A DNA stretch of 64,000 nt, from positions 1,664,832-1,728,831 of the forward strand of contig NW_002060943.1 of NCBI RefSeq assembly GCF_000150275.1, read 5' to 3'. The translations under genes and the position numbers were made by a program. Shown piece after piece: positions 27,001 through 40,225 of the stretch; positions within the stretch are counted from its first letter, which is position 1; the number at the start of each line of letters is the position of its first letter. The notes under the pieces were generated by a model. That model was not told where the DNA came from, searched no databases, and saw nothing but the letters and a program-made list of their open reading frames with translations. This DNA is from Trichoplax adhaerens. Lineage: Eukaryota; Animalia; Placozoa.

Positions 27001-30000
27001 TTCGATATTATAGTAGCGATAAAGTATCTATCAATAAATCAAACGGCTAGTATAGTGTTCGCATTTTGTGCGTAACAACAAAGCAAAATCATTCATAGAA
27101 AAAAAACAGTGAGCAACAATAGGTATAGCTATACTACGATTAACATTCATATTCTTATAATCGATTGTTTTAAATGTCTTACTTGATAATCTCAAACCTT
27201 ACCAATCCTTTCATAGTAGTATGTCAGACGAGTAAAATGAAATGTACCAAAACTGGATATTATTGCTACCGTATCTAATAAGTATCAAAGCATTACAACA
27301 CTATACTTTCATTTAGATTATCCTAGAGTTAATAGATATTATTTCTATTAAAGGATCGTTTCTTTATGCTCAATTAGCCTCTCCTATTTCAAATTTACAA
27401 AACATGCTAGCTTCTGTAATAGGACCTTGCATTTTAACCATATCTATTACTAATTTTAATGTACAATAATACAAGAACTAATAATAAATGAAACCCTCAT
27501 CTTTTCATTTCTGTGGTAGCTCATATTTTTCAAAAATTCAATAATCTAGTTTCATTAAATGAATTGATACAGCGTAAGCTACCCGTCATTTTTACCATCT
27601 CAACTAACCAATACATTATGCGATCATTTCAATGGATTGTACAAGAAGATTAAATTTTTCGACGAGATAGATAAAAAGAATAGAAAAGTTCCAGCCTATG
27701 GAAAAATGATCTAAATCTTTAATCAAGATATTATTCTATCTCGTTGTTATAGCAGATACGAAAAATAAAATTCTGAATCATTGTTTTAATTATTTAAAAA
27801 TTAGGAAGGTATCTTTGTATGATTTCGGTATTAACTCAATGGTTGCCTTATTTTATCAACGAGCATAATTCAATACGTGTAGATAGCTTTTGCCACTGCT
27901 ATCCTAAGTCAATTATTCCTCATCCAATTTCATCTTTGGAAGAAATCAATTTAATTCATTAAATTAGCACTGCACACCAATAGGATACAGATAAGAACTA
28001 AATAAATCAGTTGAATTAGATGTTATTGCTACCAAGAAATATATAGATTCCGGGCCAATTTAGTGAATTACGGTAACTTATGTACGATTTATTATCATAT
28101 TCTACTAAAAAAAGGATAACAGACGACTAAAGCTAAACCAAGATTATTAATTAATCAGCATCTTCCCTATCATGTCATCATTCATCGGTTGACGACTTCT
28201 ACATTACAACACTGATATAAATTGCATAGGAAACGACAACAAATGTTATTTGTTTTGAAACCAAGGCCATTACATAGTATATTATAATGAATCCATATTA
28301 TCTCAAGTTGATAAGCATTTATATACTAGAAGTTCAATCGAAGACTGCATACAATAGCAGTAATAAAAAGTTTGGAATATTTATGATGTGTGACATTTTC
28401 CTTTGATTTCGATCGAACATAATTAAAATCAATGAAATCGAAAGGCAAATTTTAAATACTATCCCAATAAATCACTCCGGTAATGATAATAATAGATCAG
28501 GAAATCAATTAAAGAATGCTAATGAAAGAAAATGGTTGTGTCGATACACTAATAATGCTGAAAGATCAATCGATAGGTAGACTTATGCTATTGAAGAATG
28601 ATCACAAATAAACTAATAAAATTGCTTGAGAGTATAATAAAAGTGTTTTCATCTTATCAATAAATTCGAAAGTGCGTGCAAGTAATAATTTCTTATTTAA
28701 ATTCTGTATTCTAAATCCTGTTTATAGTGTATTTCAACAAATGTAATAGTTCAATATCTACTAATGAATTATAACGGCGGACCGTTATCAAGGACAAACA
28801 GCTAAATAAAATATCTTAACATTCAATACAATCTAAACGTAGAAATAATTACTCGAGCACTTTCAATGCATGCATGATAACCATCGTATACCCTAACTAG
28901 ATGGGCTGATACGATGCACAAGTGTAAAATGAATATGATTACAATCAAATTAAACAGGTGAATTAACTGAAATAGCTATCGTGCTCACTATGGTACCTAC
29001 AGTTTAGATGACTAGTGATCAAAAATGAGCTGCACCGCCTTTTTATTTGATGATATTGCTTTTCAAATGTGAATAAAGTGTACTCGAAGGTCAACATTGC
29101 CATTGTATACGCGGGTCCATAAACTATTTTTGCTACTGCACTGATGTACTTCTGATCAGAAATAATAACACAAAAATAGTTCGCTGAGCGCAGCCAAATG
29201 CTGTTGCTATACTATTTTCTAAAATAGTATATACTACCATCAGTCAAGCCGTAAATAAAAGGTAATCATTGAATATCATCCATAACACTCACAAACTTAG
29301 AGCAGTGCAAGGACAAATTGATGAGTCTAGTGTTAATAATTTTTTTATTTTACGTCTTACGCCAAACATGCAGTTCAACGCATTCAACTCTATTTTTAAA
29401 CTTAAGTTATACAGTAATTAATCGTTTCACCCAACAAGTTTTTTTACGTCAATATATTGTGTAATTTGGTAATAGTTACCCATCGATAAACTAAAATATC
29501 GATGGACCGAAGTTGCTTCTTAATGATATACCAATGGCTAGTAGAAAACTAAAGACAAATAAGCCAAGTCAAGTTAATTATATTAGTATAGCTACTAACG
29601 TTACCATCGCAATATAAAAAGAATTTGAGACAAAACAGTTATCAATATCAAACTAACTACTACAACTCATCACATTAGCAGATCTGTAACATTAATCAGT
29701 ATATCTATTACTTTACTATCAAACTACATTCAAGTATTACATAATATTTCTTCTTGATTAAAAACTCTCTTATATAATTCCCTAGAAGGAGTTCCAGATA
29801 TAGCTACTTCGACAAAATTAATACTGTTAATGACTAGGCAATAGTTATGAGAGAATGTATTAGCAATCGTTACAACATACTACAATCATGATAAAAGCAG
29901 CATCATAGCCATTCCTTCAATTACGATGATTGCACAGCCTTGTTATGTACAATCAGTATAGATTATGGAGCATGAGAATCATATTTTTAACCTCGACTTG

Positions 30001-31216
30001 ACGTAAAAGTGTCACGACACCGCGAAAGGTGCGAAAAATATTGAAAGAGACAAAGAACAGAAACGGTTATAATTTTATAGAGAACAAAATAGAACAAAAT
30101 ATCTTTAAAGAGGCTGTAACATGTAAAGGAAACCGATAGAACACATCTACCATTATCATTGACCTTTTCGCTACATTACAAAGTTACATTGGAAAGAGAA
30201 TGTACCATAAACATAGTTAGCTATTACATCTAATTATCCCATTGATTAATCATAGCTTAATTACTATTTCCCTTCCTAGAAGTTGATCAAGGGAAGACAT
30301 TAATTGAAAGTCGCAGTACTAAGCATTGATAATTTAAAAAAACGAGAAAAGGGAAATATGATAACAATGCAATGGTTAAGAAGACAAAGAAAGAAAAAAG
30401 TTATAATAACAAAGTGCTACCATATTCAAGAGAAAACAGCATAACGCAGACGGTAAGAATTGAAAGGCAATAAAAATTTTGTCGTGATACAGTATTGTAA
30501 ATATATTGAGAACAATTACCATACAGTTGTAAAGTAATATACACATTAATTATAATAGTAGTAGGTTCAATTTATAATATCACTCTACATATAACGACAA
30601 TATCATACGAATTCAAGGTTCTTATAACTATTAAAGTGAAAAATATCGTTCCTATCATGACTACACCCTTATTAATTTCACTTTATTGTCAAGAGCACTA
30701 ATATTACAAATACGTTTAATATCGCTCTAAAGACAACAATTCCCTATAAACTTTATGCCCATCAAAACAATTAAAAAACGCTATCCAAACATTATCATTT
30801 TCATAACTGGAACAAGTTATGAACGCTATTATTTTCGATATAACTAAGTTAACCTGTATAATTTTGCGATAGGAGAATTACAGCATGATGACCATGTTCT
30901 GCAGAACGCCGAACCGAAAATAAATGTATGCACGTTATGATGAAGGCCAATCATATAATCAAACTCCTTCGCCTGACCAATTTGGCTTCTACTGTATGTT
31001 ACATAGGCCAAAAGTAAAAAACTACGTTAAACAGTCAGAAGAAAACCAACGATACCACCACGATTGTAGCATAAACTAATTCACTTTACGGAATAGTACC
31101 AATGTCGTTCCATCATGTCTATGTTTACATCATTATTCTTGTCTGCGTGAACTATAAGTTATTTCCCTTTGCACTAAAATTTTAATATGATTTTATGATT
31201 TATTAATTTCTCACTC

Positions 31217-33280
31217 TTACAGGTATTCAACGTTATTTTGGTTGCCAGGATTGGCAGGCCGAGACGACTGAACCTGATTAACATAGGGTGGATGTCCTTG
31301 TGGATTGACTACCATCGATTGGGAAGCATTACCGCCACCGCCTGCTGGAGCACCAGTAGCAGGTGCTTGATCATGTTGCTGCTTGACCATAATGTATCCT
31401 GGCATAGGTTGATGAGATGTTTGATAATATGGAACGAAGTATCCTCCTGCAGCAGCCCCATGTGGTGCCGATTGATTTGACATCACTGAAGGCATCGTTG
31501 TTCCGTTAACAAAAACTGGCCCACCGGTTGCAGCCATAGTTGGGTAACTGTAGATCTGATTGCTGTTCATAACCTCGGTTGTCATTGGCCTCATCGAACC
31601 ACTACCACCTTGCATGTCAACACCTCCGGCAGCTCTCTGATTGGCAACAGCAGCAGCAGCAACTGCTGGATCCATAGGATATGTAGATGTAGGCACTGCA
31701 ACGAACGCCCTGAATACGTACAACCAATGAAAACCATGTTAATTGTATAGAATGATAGATACTGTGTATCCAAATAAAGTTATTTATTATCTATCTCATC
31801 CAGCAATCATAACAGCTTCAATTCGAAAGGAACTTGTTTGCAAAAATGAACACATAGCATTTAGCGTTGTAACTTTGTCATAGTACAATTTTGATATGAT
31901 GCGACCTATTCAATATTAAAATAGTAGATTGCCAAGGAACACCAAAATGCGAATGATCTATTGCCTATAGGATCGCCGATCAAGCAATCGTCTATAACTA
32001 TAGCCAGATACAGTAAACTATGTACAGTAGCAGCTCGTGCCCATTACCGGTGTACTGTATGGGTTGGTATATCGTTAAATAGGCCATCGATAGAATAAAA
32101 TAACTTTCCTACATGTTAACACTGAATAGAGATTGAATCATGAAATAAATTACGAAATTTGATGCAATACCTAATTGAATAGATGAGGCTACACGAAAGT
32201 TATTCATAATTGACAATGACTATTTGAAAATTACCAAATACGAGATTGGATTTCACGCATAATCAATTAAAATGATATAGTATCATAAAGAGTACAATCA
32301 TCCATCTCCAAACTAATCTTTATCCTTGCAGTCACTGCTACAAGCTTCAATATATATATATCTGTTGCATGAAAGGATTCATTCGATTGATATCAAGTAC
32401 TTACTGTAATTAACTAAACGACAAAGATTAATGAAAGCAACTAGTACGGCATATGACTTATACAGTACAACGTCAATGCTGTAAACAACCCTTCAGTCTA
32501 GAATGTATTGCAAATTGAATGCGATAGTAGTACCCTTAGCTGTAAACTCTCACTATCGCAGACTGAACAAACTCGATGGTAACACTTGTAAACAATTGTT
32601 GCGTTTAAAAGAAAGCTACATGCCGGTAGAACAGCTTGTAGCGACTGTAAATCAATGATTGACACTGTTTTAGCGAAAACAGTTCAAGTGCTCTATGGCC
32701 AATACGTGTAATATATATCATCAAGTATGATAGAGATTTTAAAGGTGAGCACGAAAGGCAGTAAAAAATGAAAAGAAATGTTATGATGAATCCTCCAGGT
32801 AAATCGCTACCATTTGGAAACCACACTCAATCTCAACTAGATTAATGTACGTCAACAATTATCATTGGAAACTGTGTAACAAACTTGAATAACATGAGTC
32901 GCTTTTGACGGCGACAACAACAGCATTATGCCGTATACAATCCATAAAACAACACTATTTTTTTTTAACAATATACATATCCACTTATAAAGTACACTAA
33001 TTTACCTATCTTTCTTTATTAATGATTTGGGCTTACGACGAGGTCGATACTTGTAATCTGGAAAATCTTTCATGTGTTGAGTCCTTAAATGTTTGGCTTC
33101 ATCAACAAATGGCCTCTTTTCAATGTCAGATAGCATCTTCCATTCTGCACCTAAGCGCTTACTGATTTCAGAATTGTGCATTTTAGGATTTTCTTGAGCA
33201 ATTTTGCGTCTTTGAACTCGCGACCATACCATAAAGGCGTTCATTGGACGCTTAACGTGATCACTGTTCGACTTTGACAT
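31217..33280 (-). CDS. SoxB2: SoxB2-group (Sox14/Sox21-like) HMG-box transcription factor, 255 aa from the 33280 ATG; possibly 264 aa with an upstream exon at 34423-34399
   Basis: Exon 33280-33006: [59 protein letters not shown] (SoxB HMG box plus group-B tail; the short MSK..DHVKRP start and RRKPK resemble Sox21/14). Phase-2 intron 33005-31710. Exon 31709-31217 is Ala/Gly/Gln/Pro-rich. Confidence 0.93.
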
Positions 33281-36200
33281 GGCTATTTAGAAGAGACGTT
33301 AGTGAATGCAAAATAATAACAATTAATCAAGTAGCATTACAATCTTTTTTAACAAGCTTAAAAAGTTTTGTATAATTCTAATAGAAAAAAGGCGCTGCAT
33401 ATTATTTTAGGGTATGCAGTGTACGACTATGTCTAAGTGAGTTCAACATTCAAGACTTTTAAAGGAAAGTTCAATTTCACATTGAAAATAAGGAAATATG
33501 GAGTACGAAAATAAGAATGTTGATTGCTTGTAATGCAATAACTGGGCTATTCTATTGTATGCCTGTATCCATCATGATCAACGATACATAGGACGATAAC
33601 TAGGAAAAAATTGGTCCAGTACACACATACATACACATTAATATCAGCCCCCAAAAAAGCAGTGGTGGAAATGTGCGCTACAGTAGGCTGTATGAGACGT
33701 ACCTTTCTGTATTTTTCTTTCTTTTTTGGGGGGGGGGGGATAATTAATAACTGCAAGATTTGCTTTCAAAGTAATTGATTGCAAGCTACGTCTAGCGTTG
33801 AAGTTGTATTGATTCTTTGTATGATGATGGTTGAATAGAATGGAGTAGTTTATCCTACAGGTTTGAGCTTGAATTTCTTTCCACTCTTGTACTGGATTGA
33901 CAATCTACATGGTATGGAATAATCGGCCGTCAAAAAATAAATCATGACAGTGATCGTCGTTAGTGTCAAATTGAAGCTAACAACAATATGCTGGACGCTA
34001 TCTTATGAATGTTCTATGACTGAAATAATTGGTTTGAAGCAAATGAATGTCAATTGAATCATTTACTCAAAACATAGGCAAGTTGACATTGAAAAGTGGC
34101 ATGGACAAGAAATCAAGTCCTACATTGATAGTAGCCTCAATAAAAATTTAAAATTGACATACAAAAACACAAGGAAAGGTTAAAAAGTCTATAAAGACGA
34201 TTAAATTAGATCCAGTTAAAAAAAACATAAAGACAATTAAACTGGAGTACACCAACAATACAATGAAAGAATGTCCAAAGAAAAGGAGGAAAAATGATTT
34301 CAAGTCGCGTTGTATTGAAAAATGCAATTGCAAGTGACGAGTGGAAAAAGCAATGGCATCGCTCCATTGCTACTACTATTAGCCGACTGACTACTTACCG
34401 TCCTGGCGGGATAATCGTTTCATGCAGTATGCATGAACAAATTACTCTTTTTTAAGGGTTCCCTTTCCCTCTCTCTCTCTCTTCACTGAGGCAAATTTTT
34501 TCTGTTTTTTTTTTTCTTTGACAGGGATCAACTTACTACTGTGAATGAAGCTGACTGGCGACATTCAACAGTTGAAAAGAATGCAATTGAAGCGACAAGA
34601 ACAAAAGGAGTTGGTGAAGAAAAGAACGATGAATAGAATAGAAAATTGACTCGTCTTTATGCTTCGCTACTACAGTAGTTCAATCCTATTGATCAACGTT
34701 GCGCCTGACAATCCAATCATTATTCTTAGAGCAAAGCAGTTGTATTATCTCCATTCTTTTGTTCACTCAATCAACGATACTGCTATTGACCGTCAATGAA
34801 ATCGCTTGGACTGTGCGTCATTCGATACGGTACTGTACGTGGTGGAGTCGGTTCACTCCACCGCGGGCAACCTACACAATACATAGAATAAAGGACTACC
34901 ATTCAAGTGACAACAGTAGACGTGTCGACATGATCATTGTTTTCAATCATCACGGACGAGTCAGTCGACACCAACTCACGATGCAGGAATCTAAGCGTAG
35001 ACGATGACGAGAATGCCATTAGTTAATTTGCGTAGGCATTCCATCTCCAATTGGAACTGACTTTATAAAATGCTCATCCTTTATTCAATATGTCAAAATA
35101 GTCAAAGCGTTGGACACCGATAAAAACAAATTGGAGGGGGTAATGATGGTAGAAATCGCTTTGCTTTTTCCAACCAGCAAATGAATAAAAAAGCGCGGGC
35201 TCACCGATATGCCTACTCAGACAGCCTTCGATACTGTGGATGACGTTTTCTTGCGATAAGCTACAATGTCCTTCTGTCCGTCTGTCAAAACGAGGGGGAC
35301 ACTGGCATTCAAAAAAGAAATGCTGTAAAAAAAAAAAATGTACGCTATCTCCACAAATGGAGGCCAATAAAAATAAATAAAAATACAGTACGGCCGACAA
35401 CATAATCTAAGTATAGCAAACGATCTTCATATTGTCATATTGATTATTATAATTTCAAATGAAGCATTTTCCTATCAAACAAGACAACAATAACGCCAAA
35501 CCTCAATGGAAATAGCGATGAAGATTAATATGGCATGAAGGGGGGGGGGGGAAGAGAGAGAGAAAAGAAATTATTAGAAAGACTATGCTGTATACTGATT
35601 GATGTAGAATACAGCAAGAAGGAGAAAATAGAAATTCATGTTTAGAAAATAAAATAAAAATACAAGGTTGTGTATTAAAAATAGAAAACATCCATAGAAA
35701 AATATATAAAAGGTTCTCATTTCTTTTTTTTCTTTTCTTCTATTTCATAAATTTAATAATCTCTGCTATAAAACGCCAAACCAAAGGCAACAACAGAGAA
35801 TAGAGATAAAATTCTATTAATACGTAGTGTAATTGATTTTTATTTTTTCTTTTCATTCACAACTGTTTTCATTTTTATTGCATACGACTAATTGGTAGTA
35901 ACGAATTAACAAAAGTCTTCCAACTACGGATTACAACCCATGTTAGCAAGCGAGTCAATTAAGTTACGATAGAAAAGGACGGATTTAAACAAAATGACTT
36001 ACACAACATATAAACACCAACAACCAATGCATCATCATGCTGTAGCTACACTACAAGTAGTCTACAACATGACCAATCGATTTGTCTGCCAACGTAACAG
36101 GAAATCTAAAGTAATACCTTCATTAAAATAAGATGTACGTAACCCTTTGAGTTGGATTGCTGCCTACAGTACACCCACACTGGAGTAGAAACACCGATTT

Positions 36201-39200
36201 AACGTTGTATCCAATTATCGTTACTTTTCAAATTGTACTCATCGTTAACTTTCAAATATGCAACATGGTGATGCATCGATTGTAGTCGTTGTGAACAACT
36301 CGTACAACTTCAGGTGGTTTCCATTGACCAGGAATAGATTGAAACAGTCAATTGATGAATGTGCATAGCATGTCGCTATCCGATCGAATGATTCTACTTC
36401 TAGATACGTGTACAATGTCCAACTTTTGAGGCACAGGCGTACATTAATCAATGACAAATCGAAGCATGAATTTGCATGCTCTTATCATCAGCCCTACTTT
36501 TATTCTATGCTGAGATGGTGTCCAAGCTATAGTACAATTGATTAAAGCAATCTTTTCTGATTCTCCATCGATTGAAATAGATTCCCATTGCGATTTGACA
36601 GTACTGTACCACCAGGAAATGCAATATAGCTATAAACAGTCCATGAATTCAAAGTGACCAAGAGAAAGTCAACTTCAATGAATCGATGTATCGTCTTCAT
36701 TTTGGGTTGTTGTCTGAAGGGTAAGAAATCCATTTAAGAAAGGAGTCTACTGTATTTTGCTCTATTGGTGAACAAGTTGTAATCGATCGAAAGAGAGTAT
36801 TTGATGAATTGATGACAACTCAATTCACCATGACTAAAAGTTTGAAAAGTCAGAATTGCGCCAAAAAGTGACGTACTAGGTCAATCATGCCACCGACATG
36901 GCCTAGATCAAACATGCAAACGTTGTTGTATACAAAGGAATACAAGGATGCGAAGTCCAGATTCTCACGTAATATTATCCAACTGCCCCATCATGTCTTC
37001 TTCTACAAGCGTGAGAGGTAAGCACATTAGGTGAAAGAAGGAGAAAGAATATCATTGGACGAGTCGCCCCCCCTCACCCCCCCAAAAATCAATCGTCGAC
37101 AGTATACATGACATTCTCGCCGTTAGCATCGATGGACAATCTTTGATAAGGCATCGATAGAGTAGAGTCTACAACTTACCCACAAAGTGGTGCAAATGAA
37201 CGTTGATTGATGAATGTGTATCCAGGCTAGATGGCAATAAGATCTACCACGCGGTTGTTGGAAGGAACTCTTTGGCCAAACTAGTTGAACAATTTGAATA
37301 AAGAAAGCAATCAATTAACCACAGTATTGAAGGAAATCATTCACATCATGTTATGCCACTTTGTTCACTGACAACTGGTATAAGCTTCAGTAATACTGTC
37401 GATTTGTTCTACACTCTTTCAACTGTTGCTCGACTCCGCTTTAAATATCCAATCAACTTGATGCAAAATGGACCGTTATGGCCTGACGAATATGACAGAA
37501 AAAAAAAATCCACTACTCACCGTTAACGGATTTGCGTGAAATAATAGCAAGTCAATGGTGGACGGGTTGAGCTCAACTCTTGCCGTGCTTGTTACTACGT
37601 ACAATGTTGCTCGATCGATGCTACTGAGAATAGAATGAAACACTCGTAGTAGACAAGCGTTGCCTGAAATTTGCTTTCTACTACTGATTGGACCGGGGGC
37701 TTTTTGCTCTATTTGACTCCACACTATATGAGGTAATTACTACTTAACGGCAAATGGCTTTTGCTTACACAAATAAGTAATGAGAGAAGAGAGGAGGAGA
37801 AATAAAAATAACACCGTCCCAATAATAGCTGACAATTATGATGAACAATAGGCGGATTGATTGTATTCAAATAGTTCAATGGAATAATACAATACGAGTA
37901 GAAAAGGTTACGCATCTCATCGCTTCAACCGACTGCAATGTATGTCAATCAATCATTCATTGACCAATTATAGTCGTCAACAATAGGCTTGCACAAAAAA
38001 TTCCATCTGTTACTATGGGTGGAGGTCTGCAACATAATGATAATAATAATAATAATAATAATATATTAATTAAACGTCAGTCCACACCGTGGAGATAGGG
38101 AAGAAAAACTCGACACTGAGACAGAGGAAAAAAATAGCCAGTATAAACTACGAGTACAGGATTCACCAAAGTAGAGTGAACAGGAATAAGAAGATGATAT
38201 CTTGTAGCGTATTCCTTTAGCCGACTTATTCGCCATGTCACTCATTCTACTGACTATGTACAGTATATTGTACACTCTTCGTAGTCCACTCTTGTGTCCA
38301 CATCTGCACCACTATACATCATCATCACTTTGAAAAGTTAGCCGACTGCACAAGTTCGCAAACTGCTGACTCCAGTACTTACAGTACTTCGCTGTGAATC
38401 CAATCATTTTAAATATCATTCACGGTAAAGTGATATTGGATTCACTCTGAAAGATGCAATCATCCCCCCCCCCCCTAAAATGCAAAAATAACGGTCCAAA
38501 TGATCCTAGTTGTACCACTAAAGTTCGCACGAGTACGAGGCCTCACTTCATTATTCATTTCAACTCATTCAACACTTTACATTTCGAATATTGATTTTTG
38601 ACTGTCGTCCCAATTTAGACATGTGATAAAGTAATTAATCATATACATCATCAATGTAAACTGCCGTCCCTTTCCCTTGCGCATAAGAATGAAGAGGGAC
38701 GCCTTACTATGCAATCACTTTGTTATAAAATCCATGATAACTATCCAATCTTCCATCATCGATATCAACAGTTACAATACTGGAGAACGAGAGCTGGTAG
38801 CAGGATCAATTTGAAAATTTGCATTACTACCCTACTGCACCGTACGTAGATTGTAAGAGACGAAGCTGTGCCATTCAATTCACAAATATCATTCATAATG
38901 TTCACAACGATCAACTTTGATCGTTTTGAATGCGTTAGTTATGCAAATGTACTGACGTATATCCAATTTCATGGCAATTTTATGTTATACTTTATCTGGT
39001 AGTTGAAATGAAATTAAAATGTTCCTCATCCTCCAATACAGGTATCAACAGTATGCGTAATCTATTTACATTAGTACAGTACTGTAGCCTAGACGTTGCA
39101 AATGACAACTGTACAGTACTCGTAGTTGATCCATGTACAGTAGTCAGTAAATCGATAGAGCTGCATAATTGTTCTCATCCAAAACTGATTTAAGATTAAC

Positions 39201-39538
39201 TTGAATTGCTGCAATCTGTTATCGACTTTGACTGCTACAGTATCTATGATCCGATACGATTGCAATTGTGCTATCAGACTGCTAGTGTCGCTATTACACT
39301 AGCTTACAACACTAGATCGATGCCAAGTCTACAGACGATTACAGCTTTATTGTTGCATTGACGGTCAGAAATGTAGCAGTACATCGTTTCAACATGTCCA
39401 ATTTGGTATTTACATTTGCGAAGGGGACATTTAGCAGAAGATCATCATGACTGTGATTGCGCTAAGGCCTACAGTAGTCTCCCGCTTGCCTATCTTCATC
39501 TCAATCACAAAAATATTTCCAATACAAAGTCCATGAGG

Positions 39539-40225
39539 ACAATAGAAAACATAACGGGTGAAAAAGAAATGACATTCTATTCTATTCTTGCTAAATTGTT
39601 TAAACAAAACGAAACGGAAAAAAAGAGATGAACAATAGAAAGAAAGATAGTTCATGTAGACAATAACAACAACAAAAAATAGGGAGAAAAATGAAAAATA
39701 GATCGTGACAATGATGACCCAAAAAGGAACAAATAAGCCTCGCTGATTCAATAGAAAGGAAAAATTAATCGACATTGCGTCCCATGTTGGACGAAACAAT
39801 ACATGAACAATGCGCTCTTCCAACAATAGGCATCGGCTGATCGTATTACGTAACCATTCGACTCGGACATTTGGACGACCAGATATCGACCTAGGCACAG
39901 TCATAGTCATGTTGAACCCTCGAGAGGCCAGTGTATTGTCTTCCTACTGTACTGTGTAATCGACCCAGGGACAAATAGGCCATTGTGGACGCTATTGTTG
40001 ACGGTAACAATAGCGGACAATCATCCTGGTGAAAGCAACACTAGGCAAAAAAATGTTGACAATTAGCCTATCAAAGAGGAAGATGATATTGGCAAAAGTG
40101 AACAATGCCGCTCGATAGGAATGCTGCAAGACAAGAAATAATACTAAGCAAGATAAATAAAAATGATTCAATAGTATAAAGATAAAAGAAAAACAATTGT
40201 CAATCGATTGAATAACCATTACAAT
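39539..40225. promoter_or_regulatory. Cluster of Sox/HMG core sites (ACAAT/ATTGT); candidate distal enhancer
   Basis: 16-17 cores in about 690 bp counted by eye, versus about 3 expected from base composition; many are AACAAT or GACAAT. Confidence 0.45.

Noticed and set aside
29480-29505. 9-bp-stem hairpin ccatcgata/tatcgatgg
   Set aside because: Short and built on a common ATCGAT palindrome; plausible by chance.
31238-31773. ORFs 31238-31480 (+) and 31591-31773 (-)
   Set aside because: Antisense or alternative-frame shadows of the SoxB2 3' exon.
33703-33750. Possible 48-nt SoxB2 cassette exon (CAG|...AAG|GTACGT), frame-preserving
   Set aside because: Built on a homopolymer tract with a weak pyrimidine tract; cannot be supported without RNA data.
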